62,074 bases of DNA, taken from Flavobacteriales bacterium (GTDB lineage Bacteria; Bacteroidota; Bacteroidia; Flavobacteriales; UJ101). A model generated the notes under the pieces. The model worked only from the letters and a program-made list of their open reading frames with translations. It ran no database searches and had not been told where the DNA came from. Below are positions 50,232 to 58,983 of this stretch, piece by piece (position 1 is the stretch's first letter; each line of letters opens with the position of its first letter). A program made the translations under genes and the position numbers. Location: positions 1 through 62,074 of the forward strand of contig JBKDZS010000097.1 of the NCBI GenBank assembly GCA_047971445.1. Direction: 5' to 3'.

Positions 50232-51255
50232 AATTAAGGAAAACATGTTTAAAAATAAAAAATCGATTCCTGATTCAATTGATCTAACAAAAGAAGCTTC
50301 ACAAAATCTTGAAGAAACCAAATTAGATCGTGCCTTAAATCAGACTGTAGATCGAAGAAATGCAATTAAGGGACTTACTGCAGGGCTCCTAGCAGGAACG
50401 GGTTTTGCCGCAACATCATGTAACCCTATGTCTAGCGATAAAGAAAAAGAAGCCTCAGGACTAAAATGGCAAGAATATTTTCAAAAAAACTACCGTATTA
50501 TGTCTCCTGAGGAAAAAAACGAAACGGTAAAACGCTTAGAAAGAAGCTACGAGTTACAACATAATGTAAAAATTAGTGTTTCAGATGCAGAACCCTTAGA
50601 TAATGTACTTTACGGTTATGCCTTTAATATTTCTAAATGCCAAGGATATATGGATTGTATTGATGCATGTATTAAAGAAAACAATTTAGATCGTAAATCT
50701 GACATGCAGTACATTAGAATTCATGAACAACAAAACGGCTCTATGGATTTTAGCAATGCAGATGACAACTACTATCATATGGTTCCTGCAGAAGGGAATT
50801 TCTATATGGGGACACAATGTTTTCATTGTGAAAACCCTCCATGTGTAGATGTCTGTCCTGTAAAAGCTACTTGGAAAGAAAAAGACGGAATTGTTGTTGT
50901 AGACTACAACTGGTGTATTGGATGCCGTTATTGTATGGCTGCTTGTCCTTATGACGGAAGACGTTTTAATTGGTCTACACCTGAAATTCCTTCTGAAGAA
51001 TTAAATAAAGAACAACACTATTTAGGAAATCGTCCTAGAATGAAAGGAGTTATGGAAAAATGTACTTTTTGCATTCAACGTTCTCGTAAGGGGCAATTAC
51101 CTGCTTGTGCCGACGCTTGTCCTACTGGAGCTCGTGTTTTTGGAAATTTATTAGATCCTAAAAGTGAAATTCGATGGGTTTTGGAACATAAAAAAGTATT
51201 TCGTTTAAAAGAAGATTTAGGTACTGAGCCTAAGTTTTGGTATTATATGGACTAA
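50218..51255 (+). CDS. NrfC/DsrO-like polyferredoxin, predicted Tat lipoprotein (start may be 50245)
   Basis: DRRNAIKG...FAATS-C; four Cys groups; GT.PK..Y C-terminus. Confidence 0.88.
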   Translation: MKNIKIKENMFKNKKSIPDSIDLTKEASQNLEETKLDRALNQTVDRRNAIKGLTAGLLAGTGFAATSCNPMSSDKEKEASGLKWQEYFQKNYRIMSPEEKNETVKRLERSYELQHNVKISVSDAEPLDNVLYGYAFNISKCQGYMDCIDACIKENNLDRKSDMQYIRIHEQQNGSMDFSNADDNYYHMVPAEGNFYMGTQCFHCENPPCVDVCPVKATWKEKDGIVVVDYNWCIGCRYCMAACPYDGRRFNWSTPEIPSEELNKEQHYLGNRPRMKGVMEKCTFCIQRSRKGQLPACADACPTGARVFGNLLDPKSEIRWVLEHKKVFRLKEDLGTEPKFWYYMD

Positions 51256-51266
51256 AAATAGTAATT

Positions 51267-52472
51267 ATGACATTAGTAAATTTTTTTAAAGACGCATTTC
51301 AAACTGCTATTATTGGTAGCAAGCGTTATAATATATGGATGGCTGTTCTTACTTTTTTTATGTTAGTAGGAGCTTATGCCTACTCCATTCAATTAGATGA
51401 AGGATTAGCTGTAACAGGAATGCACGATCGTGTGAGTTGGGGTTTATATATCTCTAACTTTACCTTCTTAGTAGGCTTAGCAGCTGCTGCTGTTATGCTT
51501 GTGTTACCCGCTTATGTATTCAAAGATCTTGATTTCAAACAAGCTGTATTAATTGGTGAGGGACTAGCTGTAGCCGCGTTATGCATGTGCCTAGCCTTTG
51601 TTATAGCTGATTTAGGAGGACCGGGAAGAGCTTGGCATTTAATTCCAATAATCGGATTATTCAATTGGCCTGACTCTATGTTATCATGGGATGTACTGGT
51701 TTTAAATGGTTATTTATTTCTTAACTTAACTATTCCTTTTTACATCCTCTACATGCATTATCAAGGAAAAGAACCTAGTAAGAATTTTTATCTCCCAGGA
51801 GTGTTTTTATCTATTATTTGGGCTATTGGAATCCATATGGTAACAGCTTTTTTATATGCTGGATTACCTTCTAAGCCTTTTTGGAACACTTCTTTATTAG
51901 GCCCTAAGTTTTTGGCTTCAGCCTTTGCTGCGGGTCCTGCTATGATTATTATCGTATTAGCTATGGTTCGTAAATTCACAAACTTTAAGATTCATAATAC
52001 AACTTTAGATAAAATATCTTTAATCGTAACTGTTGCGGCACAAATTAACCTCGTGATGTTAATCTCCGAATTGTTTAAAGAATTTTATTTTCCAACACAC
52101 CATGGTATCAGTGCTCAATACTTATATTTTGGGTTAGATGGAAAAGATGGTTTAGTTCCATGGGTATGGACTGCTGTAGTTATGAATGTTTTTGCAACAG
52201 TAGCTTTAACCATTAATCGTTTTATAAAATCTAGAAACTTACTTTATATATCATGTTTGGTTCTTTTTGTTGGAATATGGATTGAAAAAGGAATGGGATT
52301 AATTATCCCTGGATTCCTACCTGGTCCATACGGAGTAATCAAAGAATATACACCTACTATGATTGAACTTCTAGTTACGATTGGAATTTGGTCTATGGGT
52401 GCTTTTATTTTCTCTGTTTTAGCAAAAGTCGCCATCAATATCGAATTAGGAAAATTACGTTTTAAGAAATAA
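51267..52472 (+). CDS. NrfD/PsrC/DsrP-family integral membrane quinol oxidoreductase subunit
   Basis: TGM.D.VSWGLYI.NF.F.VG, DLG.P.R, SMLSWD, H.VTA.L, W.EK; about ten TM helices. Confidence 0.9.
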   Translation: MTLVNFFKDAFQTAIIGSKRYNIWMAVLTFFMLVGAYAYSIQLDEGLAVTGMHDRVSWGLYISNFTFLVGLAAAAVMLVLPAYVFKDLDFKQAVLIGEGLAVAALCMCLAFVIADLGGPGRAWHLIPIIGLFNWPDSMLSWDVLVLNGYLFLNLTIPFYILYMHYQGKEPSKNFYLPGVFLSIIWAIGIHMVTAFLYAGLPSKPFWNTSLLGPKFLASAFAAGPAMIIIVLAMVRKFTNFKIHNTTLDKISLIVTVAAQINLVMLISELFKEFYFPTHHGISAQYLYFGLDGKDGLVPWVWTAVVMNVFATVALTINRFIKSRNLLYISCLVLFVGIWIEKGMGLIIPGFLPGPYGVIKEYTPTMIELLVTIGIWSMGAFIFSVLAKVAINIELGKLRFKK

Positions 52473-52493
52473 TTTTTTAATCATCCATAACTT

Positions 52494-52532
52494 AAACCTA
52501 CCTCAAATCAAAATATTTAAGGTAGGTTTTTT
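52494..52532 (+). terminator. Terminator of nap operon
   Basis: AAACCTACCT...AGGTAGGTTT plus T run. Confidence 0.8.
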
Positions 52533-52571
52533 ATTCCTATTTTTGGGAAGCATAATATTAAATAAATCATT

Positions 52572-53510
52572 ATGAAACCTTTTTCAACTCTTATTTTAGT
52601 CGTTTATTTTTTGATTCAATGCAGTCAGAAAGTCGATAATTCAATTCCTAAAACTTCTTTTGGGACTATCGATCATATTCAAAGCTTCCCTTCTCAATTC
52701 TTCGACGATCGCACCATTGATGTATGGTTACCAGACCACTACACCCCTACTAAAAAGTATGCTGTCTTATATATGCATGATGGACAAATGTTGTTTGACT
52801 CTAACATAACGTGGAACAAACAGGAATGGGGAGTTGATGAGGTAATGGGCGAATTAATTAAACAGCAAAAAATTAAAGATTGTATCGTCGTTGGTATTTG
52901 GAATAAATCTGAAACACGACACTCTGATTACTTCCCTCAAAAACCGTTTGAAAATTTACCTCAAAAGGATCAAGACTCTTTAATTAAGAATGCCAAACGA
53001 AATCATCAAACAAACTTATTCTCCATGAATATTCGGTCAGATGCCTATTTAAAATTCATTGTTCAAGAACTAAAACCCTATATTGATCAACACTATTCCA
53101 CGAAAAAAGAAAAAGAGAATACTTTTATTATGGGATCCAGTATGGGAGGACTTATTTCAATGTATGCCATTTGTGAATACCCCGAAGTCTTTGGAGGTGC
53201 AGCGTGCTTATCCACACATTGGACAGGAATATTTCAACATCAAAACAATCCTATTCCTAATTTACTTATAACCTATTTAGACCAAAACTTACCCAATTCT
53301 TCTCATCATAATAAATTTTATTTTGATTATGGAACCGAAACATTAGACTCCTTATACGAACCTTTCCAATTACAAGTAGATTTCATTATGCATAAGCACC
53401 ATTTTACCAATAAAAACTGGAAAACTTTAAAATTTGAAGGACATGACCATTCAGAAAATGCATGGAGAAGTCGTTTAGAGCATCCCTTACTTTTCTTGTT
53501 ACACCCTTAG
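52572..53510 (+). CDS. Putative esterase (alpha/beta hydrolase), possible lipoprotein
   Basis: VLYMHDGQ, GSSMGG, H.E.AW. Confidence 0.85.
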   Translation: MKPFSTLILVVYFLIQCSQKVDNSIPKTSFGTIDHIQSFPSQFFDDRTIDVWLPDHYTPTKKYAVLYMHDGQMLFDSNITWNKQEWGVDEVMGELIKQQKIKDCIVVGIWNKSETRHSDYFPQKPFENLPQKDQDSLIKNAKRNHQTNLFSMNIRSDAYLKFIVQELKPYIDQHYSTKKEKENTFIMGSSMGGLISMYAICEYPEVFGGAACLSTHWTGIFQHQNNPIPNLLITYLDQNLPNSSHHNKFYFDYGTETLDSLYEPFQLQVDFIMHKHHFTNKNWKTLKFEGHDHSENAWRSRLEHPLLFLLHP

Positions 53511-53516
53511 TAAGAT

Positions 53517-54629
53517 TTATGAAATTTCATTAATAACAATATTCAATTGTCTTTCAATATATTTTAAATGTTTTACTTCCTCTGAAGTAACAAAACTTAA
53601 CGAAATACCTTTTCTGCCTGCCCGTGCCGTTCGTCCACTACGATGTGTATAATAATCAATTTGGTCAGGTAATTCATAGTGTGCAACATAAGCTAAATTT
53701 TCAATATCTATTCCTCTAGCAGACACATCGGTTGCAATCAACGTTTGTATTTTTTTATTTCTAAAGGCTCTCATTACTTTATCCCGTTCTTTTTGCAATA
53801 AATCTCCATGTATAACATCTACAAAACAATTTTGAGAATGTAATTGTCTAGTTAACTTCCTAGCACTGGCCTTGGTTTTACAGAACACCACTCCTCGTTC
53901 TTCTTTCCTGTTTTTCAAAAAATCCAATAATACTGTAAATTTTTGTTTTTGCTCACATATAATATATTCATGTACAATTGATTTATTTACACTACCCATA
54001 TCAATGATGATTCGTTTTGCTTCTTTGGATAAATAATGGTCAATCATAGTACTTACGTCTTCAGAAAGTGTCGCAGAAAATAGCCATTTCGAACTTTGGG
54101 TTTTTATTACTTCCAAAATTGTATTAAGATCTTCTTTAAAACCCATTTTAAGCATTTCGTCTGCTTCATCTAAAACAACATGCTTGACTTGACGAACATC
54201 TATCTTTTTACGTCTAATTAAATCCACTAATCTACCAGGAGTAGCCACAACAATATGAGTTGGACGACTTAATCGTGCTATTTGTAGTTCTATTTTCTCA
54301 CCTCCATATACAGCTTCTGTAAAAATTTTTTCAGAATATTTCGTAAAACGGAACAATTGCTTCGCAATTTGCTTTCCTAACTCTCGAGTCGGACATAAAA
54401 TTAAAGCTTGAACTTCAGAGCTTTTTGAGTTTATTTTATGTAAAATGGGTAGTCCAAAAGCTACTGTTTTCCCTGTACCTGTTTGGGCTTGACCAATAAA
54501 ATCAGTTCCTTCTTCTAATAGAAAAGGAATGGCTTGCTCTTGAATAGCTGTTGGATGTTTAATTTCCAGTTCATTTAATCCTTTAACAAACACTTTTTGT
54601 ACTCCTAACTCTGAGAATGTTTTTTTCAT
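53517..54629 (-). CDS. DEAD-box RNA helicase, core only
   Basis: Q motif, AQTGTGKT, PTREL, DEAD, SAT, ARGID, HRSGRTAR. Confidence 0.94.
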   Translation of the reverse strand: MKKTFSELGVQKVFVKGLNELEIKHPTAIQEQAIPFLLEEGTDFIGQAQTGTGKTVAFGLPILHKINSKSSEVQALILCPTRELGKQIAKQLFRFTKYSEKIFTEAVYGGEKIELQIARLSRPTHIVVATPGRLVDLIRRKKIDVRQVKHVVLDEADEMLKMGFKEDLNTILEVIKTQSSKWLFSATLSEDVSTMIDHYLSKEAKRIIIDMGSVNKSIVHEYIICEQKQKFTVLLDFLKNRKEERGVVFCKTKASARKLTRQLHSQNCFVDVIHGDLLQKERDKVMRAFRNKKIQTLIATDVSARGIDIENLAYVAHYELPDQIDYYTHRSGRTARAGRKGISLSFVTSEEVKHLKYIERQLNIVINEIS

Positions 54630-54737
54630 ATTACAAAGGTAATAGAATCTTTACTAATGTCCCCTCCTAAAATTCAATAAATAACCCATAAAAACAACTA
54701 GTTATACATTTCCTTTTCCTTGATAAAATATGAAATA

Positions 54738-54774
54738 AAAAAAGAGGGAAAATCTTAGAAACTCCCCCCTCTTC
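54738..54774 (-). terminator. Probable terminator of the surA operon
   Basis: AAGAGGG...CCCTCTT stem with A run giving a U tract on the minus strand. Confidence 0.6.
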
Positions 54775-54794
54775 TCTATTTTTTATTTTTCTTT

Positions 54795-56120
54795 TTAATT
54801 TTGATGAAGCCAATTTAGCTTAAAATCACACGTTTTATAATCATCATCTATTTTAATAAAATTTTCAGAAACATGCTCTTTTGCCCATTCATCAATTTTT
54901 TCTTGCTTCTTTTTATTGACAGCAAACTTTTTAATCCGCTCATAATCATCTTTTAAATTAATTTTATGAGCAGGAATAATTCGATCAACACGGATAATTT
55001 TATATACTTTCTCATCTTTTCCGATCGTACCTTCAAAAGGCGTTGTTATTCCTTTTTCTTCCACTCCTGTTACTTCTAAATATATATTAGTCGGTAAATT
55101 AGTTCTAACAAAACGTGTATTACCTGTTCTTGGATCAGCTATAACACCTTTATTTAAACGCGTACTTTTATCTCCTGAAAACTCTTTAACAGCATCTTCA
55201 AAGGTTAAACTACCTTTATCTATTTTGGACTTGATGGAATCAGCTAGTTCTTTTGCTTTTTCCATTTCTTTTTCATTAGGTTTATTCAATAATAAAATAT
55301 GTCTTAAGTCTAAAATCTCTCCTCTACGTTTCTCTAATGTTGCAATATGAAAACCAAACTCCGTTTCAAAAGGTTCTGATACTTCTCCCTCCTCTAAATT
55401 GTATGCAACTGCTTCGAAGTCTTTAACCATTTGTCCACGTTTTGTATTGGCAAGCATACCACCATCTACAGAGGAGGGACCTTCAGAATGAACGATAGCC
55501 ATTGTAGCAAAACTAGCACCTTCTTCTATCTCTTTTTTAATTTCTAAAAGCTTTTCTTTTAGTTCTTGTTTATGTTCCTCTGTCAACTTAGGTTTTATAA
55601 CAATTTGTGAAAGTTCAACTTCCTCTTCTACATTAGGTAACTGTGTTTCAAATTCTCTAAAAAAATTATTCACCTCCACTGGAGAAGCATCTAGATCATT
55701 TGTAATTTTAGAGCGTATTTGCTCTGAATAACTTCGTTCCTGAAGATTTTTTAAAATTTCTTGCCTTAATTCCTGCATAGTAGAGAAGCCATATAATTTT
55801 AAGGTTTCTTCTTCTCCATATTGAGAAATCGCACCTCTTGTCATCTCATCAACTTGTGGTTTTAAGGAACGGTCATTAACTGTTATTAACGTATCCTTTT
55901 TGGCTTCTGCAATCAACAATTTCTCTTGCATAACCCCCTCTAAAGCAGCACATTCAGTTTCAACACCAAAATTTTGACGTTTAAATTCTTCAAACTGTGC
56001 TTTAAGCTCTGATTGTATAATTATTTCTTCATTAATTACTGCAGCAATCCCATCTATTTTTTCCTGTGAAAAACTCCATAATGATATAAAAATAGCTACC
56101 GCTATACTAATCTCTCTCAT
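54795..56120 (-). CDS. surA: SurA-like parvulin peptidyl-prolyl isomerase/chaperone
   Basis: IDGIAAVI, two parvulin domains (FA.MA..HS..GG; S.PFET.FGFHI; RHIL). Confidence 0.85.
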   Translation of the reverse strand: MREISIAVAIFISLWSFSQEKIDGIAAVINEEIIIQSELKAQFEEFKRQNFGVETECAALEGVMQEKLLIAEAKKDTLITVNDRSLKPQVDEMTRGAISQYGEEETLKLYGFSTMQELRQEILKNLQERSYSEQIRSKITNDLDASPVEVNNFFREFETQLPNVEEEVELSQIVIKPKLTEEHKQELKEKLLEIKKEIEEGASFATMAIVHSEGPSSVDGGMLANTKRGQMVKDFEAVAYNLEEGEVSEPFETEFGFHIATLEKRRGEILDLRHILLLNKPNEKEMEKAKELADSIKSKIDKGSLTFEDAVKEFSGDKSTRLNKGVIADPRTGNTRFVRTNLPTNIYLEVTGVEEKGITTPFEGTIGKDEKVYKIIRVDRIIPAHKINLKDDYERIKKFAVNKKKQEKIDEWAKEHVSENFIKIDDDYKTCDFKLNWLHQN

Positions 56121-56970
56121 AAATTTCAAACTCTTTATTTTTCTTTGCTATGTCTAATAAATTCTCTTTCAACTTACCAATATAGTTCTTACTTTTTTGA
56201 ATCTTCAACATATTTTCAATTTTTTTCTGACTAAACATCATAGGTTCAGGATCATTTTTCAATTTATAATCTAAAATTTTGATCAAATATACATTTATTG
56301 AATCATGTAAACGTAAAAACTTTGTTCTTTTCAAAAACTCTTTTTTATTATAAATTCTTGGAAAAGGGAACTTTAAATAATAATCGGAGAAATAACTCCA
56401 TGTAGAATCAGAATCTTTAAGATCAAACTCTGAAGCTTTATTTAAACCTTCTAAACGAAGTTTATTTTGCTTTTCTCTATTTTTACTCCTAAATAACTGG
56501 GAAATTTCAGAAATAGTTTGATTATCAACTGAGTCTTTATTAAATTTTATGTATTGTAATTTTACAATTTCCTTAGTTAATTTAAAATTATGCTTATACT
56601 TTTCATAATACTCAATAATTTCATCATCATTAATTATTGAATCATTATTCTGTTGTAATAAATAACCATTTAATAATTCACTGCGATAATTTCGAATTTT
56701 TTCTTCTATCGCGCTCCTTGCTCTTTCTGAAATCATCTTTTCAGCTTCTTGGGCAAGCAATTCATTTTTGGCCCATTGCCTTATTTTAGATTGAACCAGT
56801 TTAGCACTATCTTTCTCTGATAATCCATCTCCTATCCATGAATTTATTTCATTCATTTTCAAAAAACTACCCCCCGCCTTTGCAACTACCTCTGAACTAT
56901 TTTCAAAAGTACATGAAAAAAGAATCCAATTTATTACAAAACAACTTACTATTTTTAATCTAGTTCTCAA
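56107..56970 (-). CDS. PPIase-associated lipoprotein (SurA N-domain-like)
   Basis: Lipobox LFS-C, VVAKAG..FL; position between two PPIases. Confidence 0.65.
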   Translation of the reverse strand: MRTRLKIVSCFVINWILFSCTFENSSEVVAKAGGSFLKMNEINSWIGDGLSEKDSAKLVQSKIRQWAKNELLAQEAEKMISERARSAIEEKIRNYRSELLNGYLLQQNNDSIINDDEIIEYYEKYKHNFKLTKEIVKLQYIKFNKDSVDNQTISEISQLFRSKNREKQNKLRLEGLNKASEFDLKDSDSTWSYFSDYYLKFPFPRIYNKKEFLKRTKFLRLHDSINVYLIKILDYKLKNDPEPMMFSQKKIENMLKIQKSKNYIGKLKENLLDIAKKNKEFEIYERD

Positions 56971-56981
56971 TATAGTATCTA

Positions 56982-58847
56982 TTATAATTTATTTAGAACA
57001 GTTTGGTTTACTTCAACTTGTTCTCTTAGTTTCAATATTTTTTTATTTAAATATTCTTCTGTATATTTTTTTTCAACAATGGGTTTTAACTCATCATAAC
57101 TTGGATTCTGACTTGGTAAAACAGCTATCGTTTTTGTTACAAAGTAGTCTTCATCCTCTTTGTATATTTTCACTTTATCTTCTTTAGAGTATTCTTTTGG
57201 TAAATCTTTACTGGAAAGTTCACGTTTCATTCTCCTAAAATAAACGTTCTCCTTATCATATTGCTGTTGTAATTTTTTAATCGTTTTATTTTCTTTTAAA
57301 GATTTTTCAACCTCCTTAGCCTTTTCATAATCAGAACTACAATAAGCTATAATAACCTCTACCCTTTCATCCCACTTATAGTTACTTTTTAGTTTTCGAT
57401 ATGTCTTTGACAATCCTTTCTTATCGCTTAATGCTTCATCGTGTACATACTCATCGTATAACTCTGTTAGAAGATTAACTTCTAATAATTCTTTTTCTTT
57501 TTTAAAGTTAGGATTAATTTCATGTTGCAAATTATCAAATACTTGAATTTTTGATTTAGCAATACTCACGGGTAATAACCTTTCTATTTCTTCTTCAATA
57601 TTTGGTTCTTCTTCCTTATAAATCATTTTAATGATACTAGAATTATCAGCTATGAAATTCCAATTGGTATAGGTCATTCCATTATTAAATTCTACTATAT
57701 TTTGCTCTTCTATTTCATCTCCTATAATACCAATTAATTGTTTCTCATAATCTTTTCTTGAAATAGAATCTTTTTTAAATAACGCAACTAACCTTTCGCT
57801 TTTCAAATCCTCAATTAAACTATTTTTCTTTTCAATAGGCTTAAATTTTTCATTAATATAGTTTACTTTATACCCCTTTAAAGCCATGGTGTATTCTGCA
57901 GATTTTTTGAATTTTTCTATTGTTACAATATCATCAAGTGTATGATCATGTTCCAATAACTTTACTAAATTCCATCCAAACGCTGTCTTAAACGGCTTCG
58001 AAATTTCATTCTTTTTTAAAGAATTCAAAAGGTTCAAAATCTCATTATCGAACATACTTCCATCAAAAGTAACATAAGGTCTTTCTTTAGACTTTTGATC
58101 TTCTGAATATTCTTTTACTAATTTATCAAAAGAACTTCCTTTTAAAGCTTGCTCATAAATTCTATCAATTCTTTGCTTTCCTTCTTTTAAGCTATCTTTA
58201 ATTAACAACCATTGAAGTTTATAGTTCCCAGAATACGACCTAACATCTTCTATAATCGTATAAATAAATTTTTGATCCTCAGATTCTTGCATTTTTAAGA
58301 CATTTCCCTTTTTTAAATTTGAAAAAATTTCCTCTTCAAGACCATAAGGTAATTCTCCAGCAGTATAATATCTATTTTCAACTCGTTTTACATTTTTCAT
58401 TTGATCAAAAAAATATTCATTCCTCATTAATTTCGATTGATAATCTAATGCTTCATCCTTATTTATTCCTTCCACAAAATATTGGGTTATTTGAACCTCT
58501 TTTTGGGAGCGTTTCATAAATTGTTGCTCCATCTCTTTGTAAAAAGGATCTTGTTCTAAATAAAAATTCTTCCTATTGTTCAAAAACTCAATCATGCTAT
58601 TGACAAACTTTGGAGAAGTGTCTAATTTCAACCTTCGAGCTTCATCCGACTTTAATTTCATTGTCAAATAATAATCTAAAATTTCTTTTTTAGATTGTGT
58701 CTTATCATGATCTAGCGTATAACCAAATTTATTCTTAAAATCTTCTACTGTAATAAAAGCTTGATTTCCTTTTTTTACTAACACATTATCTTGAGCTTTC
58801 AAAATAAAAAAACTTAATGCAAAAATTGTTACGAGAATTTGTTTCAT
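56982..58847 (-). CDS. Periplasmic parvulin-domain chaperone/PPIase
   Basis: Sec signal, F..L..EYSED..S, ISKPFKTAFGW. Confidence 0.75.
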   Translation of the reverse strand: MKQILVTIFALSFFILKAQDNVLVKKGNQAFITVEDFKNKFGYTLDHDKTQSKKEILDYYLTMKLKSDEARRLKLDTSPKFVNSMIEFLNNRKNFYLEQDPFYKEMEQQFMKRSQKEVQITQYFVEGINKDEALDYQSKLMRNEYFFDQMKNVKRVENRYYTAGELPYGLEEEIFSNLKKGNVLKMQESEDQKFIYTIIEDVRSYSGNYKLQWLLIKDSLKEGKQRIDRIYEQALKGSSFDKLVKEYSEDQKSKERPYVTFDGSMFDNEILNLLNSLKKNEISKPFKTAFGWNLVKLLEHDHTLDDIVTIEKFKKSAEYTMALKGYKVNYINEKFKPIEKKNSLIEDLKSERLVALFKKDSISRKDYEKQLIGIIGDEIEEQNIVEFNNGMTYTNWNFIADNSSIIKMIYKEEEPNIEEEIERLLPVSIAKSKIQVFDNLQHEINPNFKKEKELLEVNLLTELYDEYVHDEALSDKKGLSKTYRKLKSNYKWDERVEVIIAYCSSDYEKAKEVEKSLKENKTIKKLQQQYDKENVYFRRMKRELSSKDLPKEYSKEDKVKIYKEDEDYFVTKTIAVLPSQNPSYDELKPIVEKKYTEEYLNKKILKLREQVEVNQTVLNKL

Positions 58848-58983
58848 TTGTATTGTGTTATTTTAAGAGCAAAAATAGTCATTCAATACAAAATATGCCA
58901 AATAATATCTTTAAATCACTTCTTTATATCAATTATCTATTAAAAACAGTAAATTTGTTTACCTTAATCATAATATTCTAAAA

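Noticed and set aside
50218..52472. DsrO/DsrP similarity suggesting dissimilatory sulfate reduction
   Set aside because: No dsrAB or dsrMK; family-level similarity only, and the context is napA
53517..54629. DEAD-box helicase possibly truncated (no C-terminal RNA-binding domain)
   Set aside because: All core motifs are intact and minimal DEAD-box proteins are known; no evidence of pseudogenisation
2123..58519. Many 60-110 aa ORFs antisense or out of frame within real genes (e.g. 2123, 5654, 8580, 22191, 27898, 30388, 31650, 36658, 48390, 51788, 53083, 58319)
   Set aside because: Overlap well-supported genes and show no recognisable motifs
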